Under the pieces are notes generated by a model. It ran no database searches and was not told the DNA's origin. It was given only the letters and a program-made list of their open reading frames with translations. A DNA stretch of 64,000 nt from OCS155 cluster bacterium AG-349-E07 (GTDB lineage: Bacteria; Actinomycetota; Acidimicrobiia; Actinomarinales; Actinomarinaceae), in contig QCCZ01000001.1 in the NCBI GenBank assembly GCA_003281085.1, positions 99,452-163,451 on the forward strand. The letters are read 5' to 3'. The translations under genes were made by a program, and so were the position numbers. This document shows positions 29,815-39,480 of this stretch, piece after piece (within the stretch, counting starts at the first letter, position 1; every line of letters starts with the position of its first letter).

Positions 29815-30581
29815 TAAGGGATTTTTAAGCTTGCTTCAAGAATTATATTTGTAGCAATATTTACAGACTCTAAATACTCGTCTTTGCCAAGAGCTTCTTG
29901 TCTATTTTGATCACCATAAACTACAAGCAAAGCACCCGTTCTAAGTTTCCTATAACTACCAACAACAAAAAGAGTTGATGCTTCCATTTCTGAACATAAG
30001 ACACCACCCTTTACCCAAGCATCCCATTTTTGATTAAGCTCATGAGAAACTGGCATGGAGTTAGGGTCGTGTTGTCCATAAAAAGAATCTTTGGACTGAA
30101 CTACGCCGATGTGATAATTTACATCCTTTTCTTTTGCTACCTCTTCTAGGGCAAAAACCATGTCTGCAGAGGGTACAGCAGGAAACTCCATTGGCATATA
30201 CTGTGGAGAAGTTCCTTCTTGTCTGACAGCTCCATTTGCAATTACAAAATCGCCAACTCTTGTATGTTCTTGCATTGCACCTGAAGTACCAATCCTGACT
30301 AAAGTCTTTGCGCCAATATTAGCTAATTCTTCAATTGCAATTGCTGCAGAAGGGCAACCAATACCTGTGGAAGTAACACTCACTGGCCGTCCTTTATATG
30401 TGCCAGTCACAGTTTTGTACTCTCTGTTAAATGCAATTTCTTTGGGGCTATCAAAATGCTGTGCAATAAAATCAACTCTTCCCGGGTCTCCAGGAAGAAT
30501 AACAAAATCAGCAATATCACCCTCTTTTAATTGGATGTGATACTGCTTTTCACCATCTAACATAGACTTTTTTTCTGACAT
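29811..30581 (-). CDS. udp: uridine phosphorylase (PNP/UDP family 1)
   Basis: long collinear similarity to E. coli Udp (VILPGDPGRVD, STGIGCPSAAIAIEELA, RIGTSGAMQEH, YEMEASTLF). Confidence 0.75.
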   Translation of the reverse strand: MSEKKSMLDGEKQYHIQLKEGDIADFVILPGDPGRVDFIAQHFDSPKEIAFNREYKTVTGTYKGRPVSVTSTGIGCPSAAIAIEELANIGAKTLVRIGTSGAMQEHTRVGDFVIANGAVRQEGTSPQYMPMEFPAVPSADMVFALEEVAKEKDVNYHIGVVQSKDSFYGQHDPNSMPVSHELNQKWDAWVKGGVLCSEMEASTLFVVGSYRKLRTGALLVVYGDQNRQEALGKDEYLESVNIATNIILEASLKIPY

Positions 30582-30668
30582 AAAAAAATGTTATCAACAA
30601 GTAACAAATTGTCACTAATTTTTTATAAAATCTATAGAAATTTCTTTGTAAACTGATACTTTAGAACT

Positions 30669-31868
30669 ATGACGATTCCAGAAATAGATTTTCCAAGCAG
30701 TGATTCAGATTTTATTAAAGACCCGTACCCCTTAATGAAAGATTTGAGAGAAATGTCACCAGTAGTACTAGATAAAACAACTGACTTACAACTTGTGACA
30801 AGATTTGATGGTGTTAAGAATATTCAAACAAGTAAGAATTTTTCATCTAGTCCACCCAATGATTTAGAAGGTTCGGAATCTTCAATTATCGATCCTAAGG
30901 AATATGAATACTTTTGGAAAACTGAGGAATTCTCCCTACTTAACCTAGAAGGTCAGTTGCATGGTGATTTAAGAAATCTCGTTGCAAAAGCTTTTTCGAA
31001 TAGGCAAGTACAGGAACTGAGGCCTTTCATGGAAAATAAGTCTTCAAGTTTATTGGAGGGTTTAAAAGGTGAAGAATTTGACCTACTCAAAGATTATGCA
31101 CAGCCGTATTCAATTTCTGTAATTGGAAAATTACTAGGTGTTCCAGAAGACATGTATGAAAGATTTTTAGATTGGTCTAACAAAATTGTAAAAATGTATG
31201 ACTTAAAAGTAAGTGACGAGGACTCTGCTGATGCAGAAAATGCAGCTAAAGAATTCTATGAATATACATTGTCGCTTATAGACCAGAAAGTGAACACTCC
31301 TGGAGATGATATGATTACAAGACTTGCTAATGTAACTGAAAATGATCAGAAGTTAACTAAGGATCAGATAATCTGTACAGTTATTTTGTTGCTCAATGCT
31401 GGTCATGAGGCAACAGTAAATACTATTGGCAACTCTATTGTGACGCTTGCAAATAATAATATTGATACATTGAATCTTGATAAAAAATATAATATCAAAA
31501 ACATTATCGAAGAGCTTATAAGATTTGATAGTCCCCTTCAGTTCTTCCAGAGATGGGTTTTAGACGATGATTATGTCGGAGGTGTAGAAGTAAAAAAACA
31601 CTCTAAAGTGGCCATATTATTAGGGTCTGCAAATAGAGATGCGGATAGTTTTATGGAGCCAGACCAAATAAACTTTGAAAGATCGAATCTTAGTCATACT
31701 AGTTTTGGAGGTGGAGTACATTTTTGTTTAGGAGCCCATCTAGCAAGATTGGAACTGGAGGTTTCTTTTCACAACCTATTTTCAAATTCTATTTTGTTAG
31801 AAAGCCAACCTGAAAGAACTGGTGCATTTGGAATACGTGGCTACAAGGAAATAAAAGTAAAAATCTAA
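30669..31868 (+). CDS. cytochrome P450
   Basis: heme-binding loop FGGGVHFCLGAHLAR; about 400 aa. Confidence 0.85.
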   Translation: MTIPEIDFPSSDSDFIKDPYPLMKDLREMSPVVLDKTTDLQLVTRFDGVKNIQTSKNFSSSPPNDLEGSESSIIDPKEYEYFWKTEEFSLLNLEGQLHGDLRNLVAKAFSNRQVQELRPFMENKSSSLLEGLKGEEFDLLKDYAQPYSISVIGKLLGVPEDMYERFLDWSNKIVKMYDLKVSDEDSADAENAAKEFYEYTLSLIDQKVNTPGDDMITRLANVTENDQKLTKDQIICTVILLLNAGHEATVNTIGNSIVTLANNNIDTLNLDKKYNIKNIIEELIRFDSPLQFFQRWVLDDDYVGGVEVKKHSKVAILLGSANRDADSFMEPDQINFERSNLSHTSFGGGVHFCLGAHLARLELEVSFHNLFSNSILLESQPERTGAFGIRGYKEIKVKI

Positions 31869-31912
31869 ACTTTTTTAGTGTTTAATAAGTATGTTCGCCC
31901 TAATATTCACAT

Positions 31913-33079
31913 ATGGGGAAATCTAAAAAATACGGCATGAATACTAAAGCACTTCATGCAAACAAAAGGTTCGAACCTATCTCAGGCGATGTCATGCCTC
32001 CTCTTCATTTATCCACTACATATATAAATGATGTGCCGGGTGAGTCAGAATATTTTTACGGGAGAGTAAATAATCCAACTAGAGAGTTGTTTGAACGAAC
32101 TCTTGCCTCGCTAGAAGGTATTGAAAATTACGAAGAACAGCATGCATTTGCTATGGCTTCAGGTATGTCTGCCATTAGCTTGATAGCGGAACTGGCAAAA
32201 CCCGGTGACAATGTGGTAATAACAAAAGATGTCTATGGAGGAACAACCAATTATTTTTCAAAAATTATTAGAGAACGCGGTGTAGAGGTTAATTTTTGTG
32301 ATTTTGCAGATACAGAAAAGCTGGACAGTCTACTTAATGAGAAAACAAAACTGGCATGGATTGAATCTCCTTCAAACCCGTCTATGAATTTATATGATTT
32401 ACAAAAAATATCTGAAATTGTTCACAGCTACCCAACACTTCTAGTTGCTGACGGCACATTCTCAACACCATTTATAACAAGACCTTTTGAACATGGTGTA
32501 GACATCATAATGCACTCCACGACAAAGTATATTGGCGGGCACAGCGACACATTAGGTGGTGCCGTGGTTTGTAAAGATCCCGAACTTCATGAGACTTTAA
32601 TGCTATATCAAAGACAAGGCGGAGCGATAATGTCTCCTTTTGATTCTTATCTTGTCCAGAGAGGACTCTACTCACTTGGTCCTAGAATTAAATTACATTC
32701 TGAAAATGCTCATAAATTAGCAGAATATTTAGAAAACTCAGAACACATCAGGGAAGTAAGATATCCAGGCCTTAAAGGATTTGAAAATCATGAAATTGCT
32801 ATAAAACAAATGAATTATTTTGGAGGTATGCTTAGTTTTTATCTCGAGGAGAATATTAACCAAGAGAAATTTTGGAAATCTCTTGAGCTTTACAAGTTGG
32901 CAGTGAGTCTTGGAGGGGTTGAAACATTGATTGAGCTTCCATATCTGATGACTCACGATAACGCTCAAGAAACAGAGGCTAGTGCTCCAATAGACTTAAT
33001 TAGAGTTTCCACAGGGCTTGAAAACATTGAAGACTTAATTGAAGATATGGACACAGCCTTAAATGCAGCAAAAAAATAA
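31913..33079 (+). CDS. Cys/Met-metabolism PLP-dependent enzyme (cystathionine gamma-lyase/synthase family)
   Basis: STTKYIGGHSD PLP-lysine motif; about 388 aa. Confidence 0.8.
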   Translation: MGKSKKYGMNTKALHANKRFEPISGDVMPPLHLSTTYINDVPGESEYFYGRVNNPTRELFERTLASLEGIENYEEQHAFAMASGMSAISLIAELAKPGDNVVITKDVYGGTTNYFSKIIRERGVEVNFCDFADTEKLDSLLNEKTKLAWIESPSNPSMNLYDLQKISEIVHSYPTLLVADGTFSTPFITRPFEHGVDIIMHSTTKYIGGHSDTLGGAVVCKDPELHETLMLYQRQGGAIMSPFDSYLVQRGLYSLGPRIKLHSENAHKLAEYLENSEHIREVRYPGLKGFENHEIAIKQMNYFGGMLSFYLEENINQEKFWKSLELYKLAVSLGGVETLIELPYLMTHDNAQETEASAPIDLIRVSTGLENIEDLIEDMDTALNAAKK

Positions 33080-34022
33080 TTTAAACTCCAATTATTTTTC
33101 TTACGCAATATATTCAGTATTTTTAACGGCTTTACTCTTTATTGTCTTTGGTGCAAATGGTTGGGGAGCCGCAGCAGAAAATGAACAAGCTATTGGGGAA
33201 ATTTCTAGATGGTGTGAAAGGGTAAGTGGAGGTTTTTTTAGAGAACCATCTAACACACTTGGTAATCTCGGTTTTGTGGTAGTTGGCCTTTATATGTTTT
33301 ACAAGTTGTCAGATGATGCGACCAACAACAAGTCACCTATGTTTGGTTCTTACAAAATTGCTTTGTTATATGCTACAGCATCTACATTTTTGGGTCCAGG
33401 CTCCATGGCAATGCATGGAACTCACACACGATTTGGTGCTTGGTTAGATAATGTTTCTATGATTGCTTACATTCTGCTTCTCTGGATATACAACTTAAAA
33501 AAATTAACTCATTTCTCAAATAGGGTTTATTTTTCATCCTATACAATATTGCTTGTTTACTATGCATACAGCTATTGGTATTTAGATTCTGGACTTGGAA
33601 TAGGAGTAAATTTATTTGAATTAAGCATAGGACTTTGGATAGCAACTGAGGTATTAGTAAAGTTTCCAAATCTATTTGGAAGGATAGTGTCAGGATTAAC
33701 CGTCTTGTTAATTCAGCAGCTTTTTGGTAGCCCTGTAGTTGAGTCTTTACTAGATTTTCAAAATAATTGGGAGATGCTCCTATATTTTGCTCCAGCGTTA
33801 TTGCCAAATATAAAACCAAACATTAAAAGGACATACACTCCGTGGTTATTTATTGGATTTGCCTCGTTTTTTGGCGCTGTATTGATATGGGGAACTGGTG
33901 TTCCTGATCATCCATGGTGTAACCCTGATTCATGGCTTCAAGCTCATATGATATGGCATCTTTTGTGCGCACTTGCAACATTAAGCTTTTTCAACTTTTA
34001 TAGACAAGAGACTAAAAAGTAA
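33063..34022 (+). CDS. 7-TM membrane protein (possibly ceramidase/hydrolase-like)
   Basis: hydrophobicity pattern; conserved His in TM segments; weak. Confidence 0.3.
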   Translation: MQQKNNLNSNYFSYAIYSVFLTALLFIVFGANGWGAAAENEQAIGEISRWCERVSGGFFREPSNTLGNLGFVVVGLYMFYKLSDDATNNKSPMFGSYKIALLYATASTFLGPGSMAMHGTHTRFGAWLDNVSMIAYILLLWIYNLKKLTHFSNRVYFSSYTILLVYYAYSYWYLDSGLGIGVNLFELSIGLWIATEVLVKFPNLFGRIVSGLTVLLIQQLFGSPVVESLLDFQNNWEMLLYFAPALLPNIKPNIKRTYTPWLFIGFASFFGAVLIWGTGVPDHPWCNPDSWLQAHMIWHLLCALATLSFFNFYRQETKK

Positions 34023-34416
34023 TGGTCTCTATCCAGTCTGATATTTCTTGAACTGTTTGCGTATAAATTTTTAGGGCATGTTCTTCTGAATCATAATGAT
34101 CTCTTTTTGGGTCAACAAAAGATTTATGTATTCTATTTTTTGCATTAGGAAAAACTGGACAAAGTTCATTTGCTGAATCACAAACAGTTAAAACATAATC
34201 AAATTCAGTATCAAGGAAGTCATCTACTAATTTTGGATAGTGACTGCTAATATCAATTTCTTTTTCTTGCATAACTCTTACAGCGTAAGGATTAACATTT
34301 GATTCGGGGTGTGTTCCTGCCGAAAAAACTTCAAAATCTGGAAATCTATTCTTGATTAAGCCTTCTGCTATTTGAGAACGACATGAATTCCCAGTACACA
34401 CAACAAGTATCTTCAT
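34012..34416 (-). CDS. arsC: LMW-PTP-family arsenate reductase / protein-tyrosine phosphatase
   Basis: N-terminal CTGNSCRS P-loop. Confidence 0.75.
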   Translation of the reverse strand: MKILVVCTGNSCRSQIAEGLIKNRFPDFEVFSAGTHPESNVNPYAVRVMQEKEIDISSHYPKLVDDFLDTEFDYVLTVCDSANELCPVFPNAKNRIHKSFVDPKRDHYDSEEHALKIYTQTVQEISDWIETITF

Positions 34417-34450
34417 AGAACTATTTTAAATCATACTGTATTGTTTAAGT

Positions 34451-34747
34451 ATGAGTTCAACAGAAAGTACCGAAAGAAAAACCACCCGAACCATAGAAAA
34501 AGTTGTTATGTCTTTTATGTATCTTTTATTTGGTGTCATGTTATTAGCTGTGGCTTTTAGTGGTGAACCTACCGGATTATTTGTAGTATTGCCGATTGCT
34601 ATTTTTAGTATTGGTTTAACTAAATGGGGATTGAAGTGGCAAAACGATAGGTATATCCGCTCTGCAAAAAATGTAGATGCTATTGAAGTACTTTCTGTAG
34701 AAATAAGGGAATTAAAGAAAAGAGTAGAAGATTTGGAGAAAAAATGA
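34451..34747 (+). CDS. small membrane protein
   Basis: two TM helices; 4-nt overlap with the next gene. Confidence 0.3.
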   Translation: MSSTESTERKTTRTIEKVVMSFMYLLFGVMLLAVAFSGEPTGLFVVLPIAIFSIGLTKWGLKWQNDRYIRSAKNVDAIEVLSVEIRELKKRVEDLEKK

Positions 34748-35226
34748 TATCTGTTGAACTTTTAGCAAAACATATGGCCTGGGCAAACCAAGAGATTTTT
34801 AAAGAAGTGAAAAAACTTGGTCCAGACGTACTTGATTACTATGTTGTCGATGAAGAATGGACAGTTAAAACAATAATGGTACATATCGTTGCTGCTTCAT
34901 ACTTATATAGTCAAAGATTACAAGAAAAACCCTTTTCTAAGATTGAATTTGATATGGACAGCCCTGATTTAATTGATGACTTGCTTTCGGCTCTTGAGAA
35001 TATTGATAAAGATTTAATAGAACAAGCTTATAAAGATGATAAAGAGATTGAATATGAAACATCAAAAGGTATGAGATCGAACAAAATCTCATTTATATTG
35101 TCTATGATGATTTTTCATGCCACAGAACATAGAGCTCAAATTGTTGCAGCTTTAGACAAAAATAATGAGAGAAGCATAAATTTAGACGAATATAGTATTT
35201 ATGGTTATGTTCAACAACAACGCTAA
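34744..35226 (+). CDS. DinB/YfiT-like (DinB_2) metal-dependent four-helix protein
   Basis: helical pattern and His positions (HIVAAS...HATEH). Confidence 0.4.
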   Translation: MISVELLAKHMAWANQEIFKEVKKLGPDVLDYYVVDEEWTVKTIMVHIVAASYLYSQRLQEKPFSKIEFDMDSPDLIDDLLSALENIDKDLIEQAYKDDKEIEYETSKGMRSNKISFILSMMIFHATEHRAQIVAALDKNNERSINLDEYSIYGYVQQQR

Positions 35227-35528
35227 GAGGTTTGTTTTTTTACCCAATCATCATATTCAGGAAGTGTATAGGTAGGTTCTAAAACTGTAATTTTTGGAAG
35301 TTCGTATGGATGTCTTTGCGTTATGTTTTCTACAACTTCTCGCATAAGAGATTCTTTTGTGTACATAGATATTTCAAATTCTTGCTCTTCTACTAGTTCT
35401 TCTTTCCATTTATAAGAAGATTGGATTTTATGAAAAGTTCCACATGCAATTTTGTTTGTTTCAACTAACAATTTAATCAATTCTTTGGCTTTTTTATCAT
35501 CATCAACTGTGGTTTGAATTATTATCAT
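35223..35528 (-). CDS. cutA: divalent-cation tolerance protein CutA
   Basis: about 100 aa; C..Y.W.GE...E.E......T.......+....HPYE.P pattern. Confidence 0.6.
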   Translation of the reverse strand: MIIIQTTVDDDKKAKELIKLLVETNKIACGTFHKIQSSYKWKEELVEEQEFEISMYTKESLMREVVENITQRHPYELPKITVLEPTYTLPEYDDWVKKQTS

Positions 35529-36364
35529 AAATCTAAATTAAGTTCATTCGCCGTAAAAGTCCAGAGTTTATTTCTGAGCTCCTCGTTATAAACAAGTTTA
35601 TTATGTTGCATGGTTGCTGGTTGACCATAGAAGCCAAAGATTTTTGGGGCATAAACATGTTCTGCAGAAACATTATCTGCTTCAATCGCCTGAATAATAG
35701 GGGCTATCCCTGTTTGAATGTTTGTAGAAAAGTATGTGTAAAAAGATTTCTTAATTTTTTTGACTTCATAAGGTCTTGATTGCCTTGACTTTGTTACCCC
35801 TGGATGTGCAGTAGCAACCGAGATAGAAGTTTTTTTAAGTTTATTCTCTAACTCAAGTGAAAACATTGACCTAAATAAATTTGTAAGGTTGTACCTACTG
35901 CTTGGAGAAAATCCCATTTTTGAATGAAGAAAGTCCAAATTAAACTCTCTAGCAAGATACATCGAAAGACTCGTTACCTGAACAATTCTTCCTGAGCTTC
36001 TATGTAAGTTTTCTAAAAGCATTAAAGCTAATCTATAAGCACCGAAATAATTAACTGCAATCATTGACTCATAGCTTTCTTCGGTAAGTTCAAAATCCCT
36101 ATAAATTAAACCTGCATTATTGTATAAAACGTCAATCTCTGAGAAATGAGTATTAATTTGTTTTACAAACTGTAAGACACTTGCTGGTTTTGATAAATCT
36201 AATTCTAAAAAGTGCGCATTGTTGCCAAGATACTCCTCAGCCATCTTTCCTTTTACATTATCTCTACAGCCAATTATGACTTTGTAGTTTTTAGAAATTA
36301 AATCTTTTGCAACTGCTAGACCTATGCCTTTGTTGCCACCTGTGATTATTGCTGTTTTTGACAT
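35525..36364 (-). CDS. SDR-family oxidoreductase
   Basis: TGGNKGIG Rossmann motif, NNAG; 4-nt overlap with cutA. Confidence 0.8.
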   Translation of the reverse strand: MSKTAIITGGNKGIGLAVAKDLISKNYKVIIGCRDNVKGKMAEEYLGNNAHFLELDLSKPASVLQFVKQINTHFSEIDVLYNNAGLIYRDFELTEESYESMIAVNYFGAYRLALMLLENLHRSSGRIVQVTSLSMYLAREFNLDFLHSKMGFSPSSRYNLTNLFRSMFSLELENKLKKTSISVATAHPGVTKSRQSRPYEVKKIKKSFYTYFSTNIQTGIAPIIQAIEADNVSAEHVYAPKIFGFYGQPATMQHNKLVYNEELRNKLWTFTANELNLDL

Positions 36365-36400
36365 TTTTTATTTAGTTTATTAATACCTACAATTAAAGAA

Positions 36401-36622
36401 ATGTATTATTTATTAACTGGAATTGTTATAGTTTCGATACTCAGATACTTTAATTTAATTCCAAAAATGACAAGCAAGTTTTGGACATATGTTGATTATG
36501 CTTTAGTTCTTATAGCTTTTGTATTACTTTTATCGAGAATACCTCCTTTTTTCTCAGGAATTTTACTGACCGTTGTAGCTGGATATGCATGGCGAAAAGG
36601 TTTTTTTGATAAATTTCGTTAA
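36401..36622 (+). CDS. small membrane protein
   Basis: two hydrophobic helices. Confidence 0.3.
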   Translation: MYYLLTGIVIVSILRYFNLIPKMTSKFWTYVDYALVLIAFVLLLSRIPPFFSGILLTVVAGYAWRKGFFDKFR

Positions 36623-36626
36623 CTGA

Positions 36627-37202
36627 TTGCTTCGTTGTTATGCTTGGATAATGATAAGAATATTCGACTTTTTATTTTCTTTTTTTGGATTGTTGGTACT
36701 ATCTCCAGTTCTTTTAATTTTATTTGTAATTACTTATTTTGATACTGGCTCACCATTGTTTCGCCAAGAAAGAATTGGTAGGTTTGAGGAGCCTTTTACT
36801 CTAATAAAATTTCGTACGATGCAGTTTGATACAGCATCAGTTGCAAGCCACTTGGTCGATAAATCAGCAATAACACCTATTGGTTCATTCTTGCGTAAAT
36901 CACACCTAGATGAACTTCCACAACTTTGGAATGTATTAAAAGGTAATATGAGTTTAGTCGGTCCTCGTCCAGCTTTGTTTAGCCAGGAAAAATTAAGAGA
37001 CGCAAGAAAAAAATACGATGTTTATAGAGTACGCCCAGGTATTACTGGGCTTTCACAAGTTAGTGGTCTTGACACTTCTACCCCCGAGCTTCTTGCTGAG
37101 ACTGATGCAAAGATGATACAAAATTTATCTTTAATCGATTACTTTAAATTTATTATCGCAACTGCTAGTGGAAAAGGTGGGGGTGATGCAGCTCAGCGAT
37201 AA
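36627..37202 (+). CDS. bacterial sugar transferase (WbaP/PglC-like phosphoglycosyl transferase)
   Basis: PLFRQERIG, KFRTM, DELPQLWNVLKGNMSLVGPRP signature. Confidence 0.8.
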   Translation: MLRCYAWIMIRIFDFLFSFFGLLVLSPVLLILFVITYFDTGSPLFRQERIGRFEEPFTLIKFRTMQFDTASVASHLVDKSAITPIGSFLRKSHLDELPQLWNVLKGNMSLVGPRPALFSQEKLRDARKKYDVYRVRPGITGLSQVSGLDTSTPELLAETDAKMIQNLSLIDYFKFIIATASGKGGGDAAQR

Positions 37203-37206
37203 TTTT

Positions 37207-38670
37207 TTATTCATTAGGAAGTATTGACATAAGCTCATCTTCAGAACTGTTCATAATAAAATTTCTAAATTCTTTTTCATATGAAATATAGTCCTTTCCA
37301 AATGTATTTTGGAAATTTTCAGGAAATAAAATACCTGACTGTGAATTGATCCAAAAGTCATACATTGTTTGTTCTCCATGAGTATTTGTTAAGTAAGCTA
37401 TAAACCATGCACCAACTTGATAACCTACAGCCCAATCACTTTCCCATGTAACGTTATATAATTCAGGTCCATCTAAATATCGTTCTTTTATTGTTGGTTG
37501 ATTATCTCCACAATAACAACTGAACAATCCACCATACATTTCATTTTCTAAATGAGAGAAATCATTTATGTCTCGGGAGTAATAAAGATGTGAAAAATAT
37601 GTGGCATATCCCTCCATCCAGAACGGTTTGTCCCTTTTGTCATCTCCTATTCTCTTGCCAGTAATTTTTTGTTGTAATTCATAGTCAAAATCTATAACAT
37701 TCGAAATCTGGAAGATATGATACATTTCATGAATAGTTACATATGCTTGTGATCTACTATCCCAGGATAAATCAAATGAACCACTTATAAAAAGATAACA
37801 ACATTCTCTATTGCTAGGTGCTCCGCTAATAGAAGAGCCTGAGACTCTTCCACCATCTGTAAACAATCCGATACTTCCGTCGGCTTTCCTGTCATGATTC
37901 TGCGGATTACATCGAGAATTATTAAATGTTGTGGGATATTCGTCATTTATGTATTGGCAATATTCTTCCTCTAAGGTGATTGCGGATTGATAATTTTCAG
38001 AGTCTAGTTGTACAACCAGTATTGGATATAAGTTTTCTCTTTTTACACGTATATCTGTAAACAAAATCTGTTCTGTATATTCAATATATTTTGTGAGAAT
38101 ATCAATGTGTTGATCTGAGATAGTTGATGCTTTAAAAACTTTTACATCTCTATAATCAAGATAGTTCTCAGATGATGGGATTGTTGTTCTTGGTGTAGAA
38201 CTAGATTGGTCAGTATTGCCAAATCTCTCTTGGTATTTCATTCCAACGGTTCCATACATCTGTGGTACATTTGCGTACTCATTGTTTATAAATGCAAATA
38301 GATTTCTGTACTCTTCTGTGAAAGCTTCTGGATAATTCTGAAAGTAACTATTTAAATCGTTCATATATTGTTCAAGTTCATTGGCATAGCTAAAAACGAA
38401 TTCTAAATTATCTCTATATTGACGAAGACATTCTTCTGATGTTGAGTCTATATCTTGAGCATCACTACATAATTCATTAACAAGTTTTGAATTATAGATA
38501 TCAATAATATCAAAATTAACCGATGGTATAGGTGGTATAGATTCCTCTTGACTAACTTCAGGTGTCGTATTTTGATTTTCATTTATGGTTGGTTGTAAAG
38601 ATTCTTCTGGTGTCGATGATGTTCCGCCACACATAAAAAATATCAATAACAAAGACAGGTGTCTTTTCAT
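37207..38670 (-). CDS. secreted Cys-rich lipoprotein with HExxH motif (putative zinc metallopeptidase)
   Basis: N-terminal LLIFFMCGGTSS lipobox-like signal; HEMYH; about 16 Cys. Confidence 0.4.
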   Translation of the reverse strand: MKRHLSLLLIFFMCGGTSSTPEESLQPTINENQNTTPEVSQEESIPPIPSVNFDIIDIYNSKLVNELCSDAQDIDSTSEECLRQYRDNLEFVFSYANELEQYMNDLNSYFQNYPEAFTEEYRNLFAFINNEYANVPQMYGTVGMKYQERFGNTDQSSSTPRTTIPSSENYLDYRDVKVFKASTISDQHIDILTKYIEYTEQILFTDIRVKRENLYPILVVQLDSENYQSAITLEEEYCQYINDEYPTTFNNSRCNPQNHDRKADGSIGLFTDGGRVSGSSISGAPSNRECCYLFISGSFDLSWDSRSQAYVTIHEMYHIFQISNVIDFDYELQQKITGKRIGDDKRDKPFWMEGYATYFSHLYYSRDINDFSHLENEMYGGLFSCYCGDNQPTIKERYLDGPELYNVTWESDWAVGYQVGAWFIAYLTNTHGEQTMYDFWINSQSGILFPENFQNTFGKDYISYEKEFRNFIMNSSEDELMSILPNE

Positions 38671-38712
38671 TCGTAATACCTATTGTTGTATAACAGCCAC
38701 CTCACACAAAAT

Positions 38713-38744
38713 ATTACAATGACAATCGAAAATAGCATTGTAAT
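38713..38744. promoter_or_regulatory. palindrome ATTACAATG-N14-CATTGTAAT in the upstream region of the 37207..38670 gene
   Basis: read directly from the sequence. Confidence 0.3.
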
Positions 38745-38805
38745 GTTTGGAAATAAGTACAGAAGTGTTATAGATCCAATAATCGTTAAAAAAATTACCA
38801 ACATT

Positions 38806-39471
38806 TTATGTTGTTCCTGGTTTATAAAATACTTTATTCTTACCTTTAACTAAATGATACTTTTCCATCAAAGCTTCTTTATCTTGCTCTACAGAATTAG
38901 TTAAGGACATTGCTTCCATCAATTCAAATCTTCTATTCTCATAATCAATCTTTGTAGGTACCACGGTAGCATCCAAGGCTTTTCCAATATAGTGAAAACC
39001 ACTTTTAATTGTCTGATTGGTTTTCATCTCTCCCTCAACTGTGAGATACAGGATAAACTTCTCTTTTGACTCAAGCTGTTCAATTACTTGTTTAGTAACT
39101 CCGGTTGATTTAGCCCGCCAAACCGGAATTCCACCAAATTCATGAAGGACTCTATTTTGAAATTTTCCAAAAGGATGTGGGATACCTAACTTATCTGGAT
39201 TTTTTTTAAATGGTAGCGGTACGACAATTCGTGTGAACATTGAGACGGAACCAAGAAAATGAAATTTTAAATCTGTTGCCAAACATACAAAATAGGCATA
39301 TATAGCATCGAAGGTAGATGAGTGAGGAGCCGAAGCAATTATGATTCTTTTTTTATCAGGAAGATATCCGACTACATCCCAATTAATAACTTTTAAAACG
39401 AATCTTCCAAATGGCCCAAGAAATTTTCTTACTCTAATTGGATGATTTTCTGTCTTAATAATCTGATCCAT
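38806..39471 (-). CDS. PlsC-like acyltransferase
   Basis: HX4D motif (APHSSTFDAI). Confidence 0.5.
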   Translation of the reverse strand: MDQIIKTENHPIRVRKFLGPFGRFVLKVINWDVVGYLPDKKRIIIASAPHSSTFDAIYAYFVCLATDLKFHFLGSVSMFTRIVVPLPFKKNPDKLGIPHPFGKFQNRVLHEFGGIPVWRAKSTGVTKQVIEQLESKEKFILYLTVEGEMKTNQTIKSGFHYIGKALDATVVPTKIDYENRRFELMEAMSLTNSVEQDKEALMEKYHLVKGKNKVFYKPGTT

Positions 39472-39480
39472 GTACTTATG

